This document shows positions 57,348-64,000 of a DNA stretch of 64,000 nucleotides, one piece after another; the first letter of the stretch is position 1; the number at the start of each line of letters is the position of its first letter. The translations under genes and the position numbers were made by a program. The stretch is taken from assembly GCA_947629205.1 (NCBI GenBank), contig CANRCV010000004.1, forward strand, positions 441 to 64,440. The letters run 5' to 3'. The notes below the pieces were generated by a model, which made no database searches, was not told where the DNA came from, and saw nothing but the letters and a program-made list of their open reading frames with translations. This DNA is from an uncultured Bacilli bacterium. GTDB lineage: Bacteria > Bacillota_I > Bacilli_A > RF39 > UBA660.

Positions 57348-58595
57348 TTAAGCTTTAACAATTTCAATCGCTTTATGCATTTTCATATCGTATTTAATAA
57401 CCTCTAAACTACCATAAGCTTTTAATAACTCTTCTTTGGTAATTCCATAATTGTTTGCCATTTCATCTGCTTGTTTTTCTGCTTCTTTATCACTAATTTC
57501 AATTTTTTCTGTTTCAGCTACTTTTTCTAATAAATAACGATATTTAATTCTTTTTGTAGCTTCTGGTTCCATTTGTTCATGCATTTTTTCATGAGTCATA
57601 CCACTAAATTGATAATATTGTTCTAAAGTTAATCCTTGCATTTGTAATTGTTGTTCAAATTGATGAATCATACGATGAATTTCATCATCCAATATTTCTT
57701 CATTAATATCCATTTTCATATTGGAACTTGCTTTAGCAAGACAATCTTCTATATATTGATCTTCAATCTCTGCTTCTTTTCTTGTTTTGATTGTTTCTTC
57801 AGCTTTCTTTTCTAAATCTTCTTTCGTTTTAACATCATCATAACCTAAATCTTTATAAAATTCTTCATTTAATTCTGGTAAAATTCTTTCTTTAATTTCA
57901 TTTACCTTAACCTCAAATTTTACTTCTTTATTTTTTAATTCTTCTGTATAATTTTCGGGAAATTTTAATTGAAGTTCTTTTTCTTCTCCAACTTTTAAAC
58001 CAACTAAACCTTCTTCAAATCCGGGAATAAAAGTATGAGAACCAATTTCTAATGGATAATTTTCTCCTATTCCACCTTCTAATACTTTATTATCAACATA
58101 TCCAGTAAAATTAATAATAGCGGTATCACCCATACAAACACTTGCATTTTCTTCTTTTACTTTAATTTCTGCAAATTTATTTCTTAAAGCTTCAATTTCA
58201 CTATTAATTTCTTCTTTGGTTACTTTAGCTGCTGGTTTTTTAATTTTTAAATTTTTATATTCTCCTAAAATAACCTCTGGAGCTGTAATAAAGGTAAATT
58301 CTAAAACACATTCTTTTTCATTAATACTTTTTACATCTAATTTTGGTTCACAAACAGGAACAATCGTTTTATCTTCCATTAATTTTTTATAAGAAGCATC
58401 TACTGCCATATCTACAGCATCCATATACAAAGATTCTATTTTAAATTTTTTAAGATAAACCTCTTTAGGTGCTGCTCCTTTACGAAAACCATCAATTTTA
58501 ATATCTTTATTTTTTTTCTTAAAAGCAGAATCCAAATATTTTTCCCATTCTTTATTCTCTACTTTTATCTCTTTTACAATAACATTTTTTTTCAT
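57348..58595 (-). CDS. tig: Trigger factor
   Basis: 415 aa; ribosome-binding N-domain GFRKGAAP, FKBP-like PPIase middle, C-terminal arms. Confidence 0.9.
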   Translation of the reverse strand: MKKNVIVKEIKVENKEWEKYLDSAFKKKNKDIKIDGFRKGAAPKEVYLKKFKIESLYMDAVDMAVDASYKKLMEDKTIVPVCEPKLDVKSINEKECVLEFTFITAPEVILGEYKNLKIKKPAAKVTKEEINSEIEALRNKFAEIKVKEENASVCMGDTAIINFTGYVDNKVLEGGIGENYPLEIGSHTFIPGFEEGLVGLKVGEEKELQLKFPENYTEELKNKEVKFEVKVNEIKERILPELNEEFYKDLGYDDVKTKEDLEKKAEETIKTRKEAEIEDQYIEDCLAKASSNMKMDINEEILDDEIHRMIHQFEQQLQMQGLTLEQYYQFSGMTHEKMHEQMEPEATKRIKYRYLLEKVAETEKIEISDKEAEKQADEMANNYGITKEELLKAYGSLEVIKYDMKMHKAIEIVKA

Positions 58596-58659
58596 TCTTC
58601 GTCCTCTTTCTAACTAGCCTTATTATACATAAGTCCATAAAAAAAAGCAATTGCTTTCT

Positions 58660-59130
58660 TTATTTAATTTCTTGAATGATGACATTGAAATTTCCATTTG
58701 GAGAAGAAACCTCAACACTTTCACCTTTTTTGTGTCCAAGAATTGCTTTTCCTATTGGACTTTCATTTGATATTTTATTATCAAAAGGATCAGCTTCTAA
58801 AGAACCAACAATGGTATATTCTTCTGTTTCCTTATCTTCTTCATATAAAATGGTCACTTTACTTCCTACATGAACAACTCCATTTTCACTTGTATCTGCT
58901 ATAGTACAATGTTCCAGTTTATATTCTAATTCTTTAATTCTAGCTTCTAATTGCGCTTGTTCATTTCTTGCTGCATCATAATCACTATTTTCAGATAAAT
59001 CTCCTAAAGCTCTAGCTTCTTTTAAAGCTTTAATTACCTCAGGTCTTTTTTCTGTTTTAAGAGCATTTAACTCTTGTTCTAAAGCTAAATAGCCATCTTT
59101 TGTTAACATTATATTTTCTACTTGTTTCAT
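58660..59130 (-). CDS. greA: Transcription elongation factor GreA
   Basis: 156 aa; N-terminal coiled coil, C-terminal FKBP-like (GESVEV..PNG). Confidence 0.9.
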   Translation of the reverse strand: MKQVENIMLTKDGYLALEQELNALKTEKRPEVIKALKEARALGDLSENSDYDAARNEQAQLEARIKELEYKLEHCTIADTSENGVVHVGSKVTILYEEDKETEEYTIVGSLEADPFDNKISNESPIGKAILGHKKGESVEVSSPNGNFNVIIQEIK

Positions 59131-59168
59131 ATTTATTCACCTTCTAAAATTTTACAGAATTAAGAATA

Positions 59169-60368
59169 CTATAAATAATCCTGTTTGTCAAATATTTTTA
59201 TACGCATCATATCATAGGGATGTAATTCTTGTTTCACTTTTAATTTAAGAATCATTTTAGGATGATTAGCAATTTCTATTTTTTCTCCTTGTTCATCATA
59301 TATTTCTTTTACTTGATACGTAAATGTTTTGATATTGGGTCCAAAAAACTCAACAACATCTCCCACTTTAAAATAATTTCTTTCTTCTAAAGTAACTAAA
59401 TGGGTTTTTTCATCATATTCTAATACCAATCCTAAAAAATCTTGATTGGAAACCTCATCTCTTCCTAAAAAATATTGTTCTTTTCTAGTTGGTAAACCAT
59501 TTAAAAATTGAGGAGTTGATTCCCGATTAGCACAACGATTTAAGATATCTAAGTAATAGGCACTTTCTTGTTTCGTTAAAGCATGTTTCATAATCTTATC
59601 TATAATTCTTCTATAAACTAAAATGACGGTTGCTATATAATAAATACCACGCATTCTTCCTTCTACTTTAAAAGAATTAACACCTGCCTCTATCATATCA
59701 TTAATATATTCTATTAAATTTAAATCTTTTGGTGTCATACTAAAAATTGGTTCTTCTTTTGAGGTCGAAAATGTCCAACGACAAATTTGGGCACATCCTC
59801 CTCGATTCGCATCTCTTCCCGTACAAAAATTAGATAAAACACACCTTCCACTAAAGCTTGTACACATAGCTCCATGAATAAAACATTCTAATTCTAAATG
59901 GGTTTGTTTTTTTATGGCTTTTATATCTTCTAAAGAGGCTTCTCTTGCTAAAACCAAACGATGGACTCCCAAATTTTTATAATAAGTAGCTGCTTTACTA
60001 TTTAAAATACTTGTTTGTGTCGAAACATGAATCTCGTACTTTACCTTCAACTCTTTAGCTAATTTAAGAACTAAGATATCACTAGCAATAATACCATCAA
60101 TTCCAATAGTATCTAACTCTAGTAAATAGTTTTTTAAACCAATGGTTTCCTTTTCATGAAATAAAATATTGACTGTTACATAGATATTTTTTTGATTTTG
60201 ATGTACAAACTCTGTAGCTTCTTTTAATTCTTCTAAAGTAAAATTATTTGCATTTGCTCGAAGACCATATTGTTTTCCAGCACAATAAACAGCATCTGCT
60301 CCATATAAAATGGCTATTTTTAATTTTTCCATATCTCCTGCAGGAGCAAGTAATTCGACTTTTTTCAT
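59169..60368 (-). CDS. trhP: Peptidase U32-family protein (TrhP/YrrO-like, tRNA ho5U synthesis)
   Basis: 399 aa; U32 core with conserved Cys cluster; yrrM-yrrN-yrrO order as in B. subtilis. Confidence 0.75.
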   Translation of the reverse strand: MKKVELLAPAGDMEKLKIAILYGADAVYCAGKQYGLRANANNFTLEELKEATEFVHQNQKNIYVTVNILFHEKETIGLKNYLLELDTIGIDGIIASDILVLKLAKELKVKYEIHVSTQTSILNSKAATYYKNLGVHRLVLAREASLEDIKAIKKQTHLELECFIHGAMCTSFSGRCVLSNFCTGRDANRGGCAQICRWTFSTSKEEPIFSMTPKDLNLIEYINDMIEAGVNSFKVEGRMRGIYYIATVILVYRRIIDKIMKHALTKQESAYYLDILNRCANRESTPQFLNGLPTRKEQYFLGRDEVSNQDFLGLVLEYDEKTHLVTLEERNYFKVGDVVEFFGPNIKTFTYQVKEIYDEQGEKIEIANHPKMILKLKVKQELHPYDMMRIKIFDKQDYL

Positions 60369-61153
60369 CTTTCTTCCTCCTTCAAACGATAATACGTTTC
60401 TTTTTCTAAAAAACCACTATTACTGATATCTTTTAAATCTTTTCCCATTAAGATATCTTCTACACATTCTTTAGATAAACCAATGGGATTTAAAAAACGA
60501 TATTTAGCATTTTTATGTTTTATAAAACGATAATCAACAAATTTCTTAGCATAAAGTACTGTACCATACGCATTTTCAATTGCTAAAAAATCTTGATTGG
60601 AAATGGGTTCGTGTAATAAGACTTCTTGTTGTTTTAAAAGATCAAATTCTTCTTGAAAATTTTTAAGTAAAGTTCTTCTAGAATACATTGCATCTACAAG
60701 TATAAAGTATGGAACAACTAATGGTTTATGAACTTTATCTAAAATACACATCATTTCTTCTTTGGTAATATCTGTACTTAAAAAAACACTATCTACATCT
60801 TCTAAATAGGCATTAATCGAACTAGCATTCGTAGTATTATGGTTTTGCATATAGATTTTTAAACCAGAATAATGCATTTCTTTTAAAATTTCTAATACAC
60901 CTAAATCAGTAAAAATAATACCTTTTATTTTTTTACTAATTTGTTTTAATTGTTCTTGTAAAGATAAGATACTTTTTTCATCTAATATACGATTAATAAG
61001 TAAAAAAGCATTTTCACTCGTAATTTCTTCCATTTTATATGTTAAAGGATACCCGACACTATACTCTTCCAATGGAAAAAGAAAGTTAATATCTTTAACT
61101 TTCAAATCAAATAAATCTTTACTAGTAGCTACAATGAAATAAGTCTCTTTCAT
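60365..61153 (-). CDS. Peptidase U32-family protein (YrrN-like)
   Basis: 262 aa; second U32 paralog, translationally coupled. Confidence 0.65.
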   Translation of the reverse strand: MKETYFIVATSKDLFDLKVKDINFLFPLEEYSVGYPLTYKMEEITSENAFLLINRILDEKSILSLQEQLKQISKKIKGIIFTDLGVLEILKEMHYSGLKIYMQNHNTTNASSINAYLEDVDSVFLSTDITKEEMMCILDKVHKPLVVPYFILVDAMYSRRTLLKNFQEEFDLLKQQEVLLHEPISNQDFLAIENAYGTVLYAKKFVDYRFIKHKNAKYRFLNPIGLSKECVEDILMGKDLKDISNSGFLEKETYYRLKEEER

Positions 61154-61743
61154 TTTCTTTTACTCACACTTAATCCATCTCCAATATCGATGAATTCCGT
61201 TTCAAACTCTTCATTATTTTTTAAAAAATCAATATACCCTTCAATTTTATCAACAATGCCTCTTAAATTTTTACTATCAATTGTTTCTTTTTTTCCAACA
61301 TAACCATGAAATTTTAAATTATCCGTGATAATAACTCCATTAGGAGCCAAAAAGTATTTAAACTTTTCAAAAAATTTTTTATATTGTCCTTTAGCAGCAT
61401 CTATAAAGATTAAGTCATAAGAGACTCCTGTTAAATTTACCTCTAATGCATCTTGAAAAACAACATTAACCTCTTTATCAAAACCACATTTTTTAACATT
61501 TTTTAAGCATTCCATATATCGAGCTTCATCTCGTTCAATTGTTGTTACTTTTACCTCTTTACTAGAAGAAGCCATTAAAATTGCAGAATACCCAATAGCA
61601 CTACCTATTTCTAAAATATTTTTAATATTATTTGTTTTAATATATTTCATAATAAAGGCAATAGAATCTTTTTCTATAATGGGTACATTTTTTTCTTTTG
61701 CATATTCTTCCATTTCTAAAATTGTTTCTTTCATTTTTCTCAA
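61150..61743 (-). CDS. trmR: SAM-dependent O-methyltransferase (TrmR/YrrM, tRNA mo5U34)
   Basis: 197 aa; class I MTase motif EIGSAIGYS...IFIDAAK. Confidence 0.75.
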   Translation of the reverse strand: MRKMKETILEMEEYAKEKNVPIIEKDSIAFIMKYIKTNNIKNILEIGSAIGYSAILMASSSKEVKVTTIERDEARYMECLKNVKKCGFDKEVNVVFQDALEVNLTGVSYDLIFIDAAKGQYKKFFEKFKYFLAPNGVIITDNLKFHGYVGKKETIDSKNLRGIVDKIEGYIDFLKNNEEFETEFIDIGDGLSVSKRK

Positions 61744-62789
61744 CCTACTTCTCTTTGAATTGCAATAAATTCCTCATATGTATTTGCAAAGAATACCTCA
61801 TGAGTTTTTACATTTGCATAAAAAAATATATAATCTGTATCACTTGGATTTAACACTGCTTCTATAGACATTTTTGAAGGATTACAAATAGGTCCTACTG
61901 GTAATTTACCAGCCATAGAGCCATTCGATTCACTAGTATTATACGGATTAATTGTTTGTAAATCACTCATAGTAAGTGTATCTTTTAAACTTTTTTTCAC
62001 CGCATAGTAAGTGGTTACATCCATTCCTAGTCCTTTTTTCATTTCTAATCTTTTGTAAATAACTTGAGCAACACGAGCACGATCACTTTGATTAACAGCT
62101 TCTAATTCAACAATGGAAGCCATTGTTAAAATCTCATGAATACTATACTTGCTACTTTTTAAGTCTAAACTAGCTAATTTCACTTTCGTATTATCTAATA
62201 TCTTGATTAATATCTCTTTGATACTTGCATTCTCATCAAAAACATATGTATCCGGAAATAAATAACCTTCCAGTGCATAATAAATATTACCATTTAAAAT
62301 TTCATCTGTCAAAAAATCATACTTTTCAATCAATTCTTGCATCAATTCTTTTGATGCTAATACCTCTTTTATTTCATTTTCCGTATAATGGAAATTTTCA
62401 GCAATTAAGTTTATAAAATCCGTCATATTCTTACCTTCTACAAAGGTAATCGTTACATTTTTTAAAGCTACATCGCCATTTTCTATGGTTTTTAAAATTG
62501 AAATAGCAGACATATTACGATCCAATTCATATTCTCCAGCTTGTAAATTCATATCACTATGAAAGAATAAATAGGCTAAAACTGTATAAGAATTACGAAT
62601 TAAACCAGATTCTTTTAAATTTTTAACCACTTGTTTTTTACTAACTCCTTTATCAAGAACAAACGTTACTTTTTCACTTGTTTTACTTACAGGAGTGAAA
62701 CTAAACCCAATAAATCCTATACCAAAACAGACAATAATTACAACAAGAAAAACAATTAAAGCACTTTTTTTTATTTTAATTTTCTTCAT
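61740..62789 (-). CDS. mltG: Endolytic murein transglycosylase MltG (YceG-like)
   Basis: 349 aa; N-terminal TM then YceG domain (GEYEL, LFPDTY, PGPICNP). Confidence 0.85.
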   Translation of the reverse strand: MKKIKIKKSALIVFLVVIIVCFGIGFIGFSFTPVSKTSEKVTFVLDKGVSKKQVVKNLKESGLIRNSYTVLAYLFFHSDMNLQAGEYELDRNMSAISILKTIENGDVALKNVTITFVEGKNMTDFINLIAENFHYTENEIKEVLASKELMQELIEKYDFLTDEILNGNIYYALEGYLFPDTYVFDENASIKEILIKILDNTKVKLASLDLKSSKYSIHEILTMASIVELEAVNQSDRARVAQVIYKRLEMKKGLGMDVTTYYAVKKSLKDTLTMSDLQTINPYNTSESNGSMAGKLPVGPICNPSKMSIEAVLNPSDTDYIFFYANVKTHEVFFANTYEEFIAIQREVG

Positions 62790-63051
62790 GAATTTCCGCC
62801 TCTAACTTGCTTAAAAATGTTTCAATTGTATTCCATTCTTCTTCTGTTTCAATAGGAGAAAGTTCTTTACTTCGGCCTGTTTTATCATAAACATTGGCAT
62901 AAACTTTCATTTTTCCTTTTTCCATTTTATGATCGGTATAAACAACATAACTTTTTTTGGTTTCTTCTGAGTCAAATTTAAAAATAATTTCATATTCACA
63001 TGTATTGCCATCTTTATCTTTGGCAGTAAAATAACTATTTTTTGTATCCAC
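62776..63051 (-). CDS. DUF1292 protein (YrzB-like)
   Basis: 91 aa; position between ruvX and mltG as yrzB in Bacillus. Confidence 0.65.
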   Translation of the reverse strand: MDTKNSYFTAKDKDGNTCEYEIIFKFDSEETKKSYVVYTDHKMEKGKMKVYANVYDKTGRSKELSPIETEEEWNTIETFLSKLEAEIHEEN

Positions 63052-63060
63052 TTTTCTTCC

Positions 63061-63468
63061 CTACTTTCGTTTTAAATATGTATCTAAAATAATAGCAGCT
63101 GCATAACTATCAATCACTTTTTTTCTTTTTTTTCGACTTGTGTCCATTGAAATCAATAAATTTTCGGCTTCACTTGTTGACAAACGTTCATCCATCAGTA
63201 TAATTGGTAAATCAAAATTTTTTTCTAACTCCTCTTTAAAACATAATGTTCTTTCCACTGCTGGACCACTCGAATTATTCATATTTTTAGGATAACCTAA
63301 AATAAGAGTCCCAATCTCTTTTTCTTCAATAATTCCTTTTAATTTTTCTATTAATTCTTGATAGGATGTATATCGAAGAGTTAAGAAGGGAGAGGAAATT
63401 GTATTCGTTTTATCACTAATGGCAAGTCCTAGAGTTTTTGTACCTAAATCTAAACCTAAAATTCTCAT
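63061..63468 (-). CDS. ruvX: Putative pre-16S rRNA nuclease / Holliday junction resolvase-like YqgF
   Basis: 135 aa; MRILGLDLGTKTLGLAISD RNase H-fold N-terminus. Confidence 0.9.
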   Translation of the reverse strand: MRILGLDLGTKTLGLAISDKTNTISSPFLTLRYTSYQELIEKLKGIIEEKEIGTLILGYPKNMNNSSGPAVERTLCFKEELEKNFDLPIILMDERLSTSEAENLLISMDTSRKKRKKVIDSYAAAIILDTYLKRK

Positions 63469-63707
63469 TTTAAATATTGTTCAAGTAAATAAGCTACAAT
63501 CAGTTCTCGATCAATTTCTTGAATCTTTTGTCGAGCATCTTTATAACTTGATATATAACCAGGATCTCCAGAAATTAAATATCCAACAATTTGATTAATT
63601 GGATCATATCCTCTTTCCATTAATGCTTGATAGACTTCTTTAATTGTTAACTCAATTTGAGCTTGTTTAAATAATGTAATATCAAATAGAGTTGTTTTAT
63701 CGTCCAT
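63465..63707 (-). CDS. DUF965/IreB-family protein (YrzL-like)
   Basis: 80 aa; conserved partner upstream of ruvX. Confidence 0.7.
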   Translation of the reverse strand: MDDKTTLFDITLFKQAQIELTIKEVYQALMERGYDPINQIVGYLISGDPGYISSYKDARQKIQEIDRELIVAYLLEQYLK

Positions 63708-63801
63708 ACTTCCACCTCTTATACTATCAATATTTTATCAAAAGATAACGTATAATGCAAATAGTAGTCATTTAAAAAAAAGAAATTAATTTGCACAAAA
63801 A

Positions 63802-64000
63802 TTAATTTCCTTTTTGTAATGCTTGAATTTCATCTAGAGATAAATCTGTACATTTTGTAATAATTGAAATAGCAATATTTTCATCAAGCATCTTCTTAGC
63901 TGTAGAAATAGCTTTATTATATTCGCCTTTTTGAATACCTTCTTGGATGCCTTCTTGAATACCTTCATCATAGCCAGTTTCTTTTGCATCTTCTATTTGT
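63802..64000 (-). CDS. C-terminal fragment of Rpn-family recombination-promoting nuclease / putative transposase (YhgA-like), N-terminus beyond window
   Basis: Minus-strand translation ...EGIQEGIQEGIQKGEYNKAISTAKKMLDENIAISIITKCTDLSLDEIQALQKGN-stop; EGIQ repeats and terminal HTH-like tail typical of Rpn/YhgA C-termini. Confidence 0.5.
   Translation of the reverse strand, partial: QIEDAKETGYDEGIQEGIQEGIQKGEYNKAISTAKKMLDENIAISIITKCTDLSLDEIQALQKGN

Noticed and set aside
57155-57367. 70-aa ORF overlapping the pseudopilin and tig
   Set aside because: It overlaps two better-supported genes on the same strand in another frame, and is lysine/phenylalanine low-complexity.

Overview
This is a 64 kb window from a very AT-rich, low-GC Firmicute (roughly 25-30% GC by eye; Erysipelotrichia- or Clostridia-like). 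It uses the standard genetic code: TGA terminates rlmN and prpC. Nearly all genes lie on the minus strand in a dense, syntenic housekeeping backbone:

- rpe-rsgA-prkC-prpC-rlmN ... fmt ... priA
- rhomboid protease, rluD, lspA, ylmC, dut, sigG, deoD
- cobB, a glycerophosphodiester phosphodiesterase, zupT, rumA
- a gerA-type germinant receptor operon (A-C-B) with a forespore-type promoter
- polC immediately followed by dnaE
- dgt, ftsK, efp, rpmG, a PBP, nfo
- a ylb-like cluster: ylbG-like, ylbE, ylbD, ylbL, and a weak ylbJ-like call
- topo IV parE/parC, tig, greA
- trhP U32 pair-trmR-mltG-DUF1292-ruvX-DUF965 (the yrr cluster)
- a truncated Rpn-family nuclease at the 3' edge

No rRNA, tRNA or CRISPR was seen.

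The accessory content is the interesting part.

1. Three exact 10-nt poly(G) tracts sit in regulatory or 5'-coding positions. On the + strand they read as poly(C).
   - Two lie in the 5' ends of tandem paralogous surface-protein genes (36787..38098 and 38235..39549). In the sequenced 10-G state a 20-codon leader ORF stops just after the tract. A 9-G allele would fuse the leader in frame to an N-terminal transmembrane anchor and the ectodomain. This is a classic slipped-strand translational ON/OFF switch.
   - One paralog carries an ALK/LTK-like glycine-rich domain.
   - The third tract sits in the -35/-10 spacer of a GNAT gene promoter.
2. Two TasA/camelysin-like secreted proteins with SipW-type signal motifs are present. 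One is fused to a C-terminal FGE-sulfatase-like domain. No sipW lies in the window.
3. A small XRE HTH gene with an in-frame TGA lies divergent to the TasA-FGE gene.
4. Orphan competence-type pseudopilins and an EndA-like membrane nuclease are scattered through the window.
5. A dispersed perfect palindromic element with a conserved loop occurs twice.
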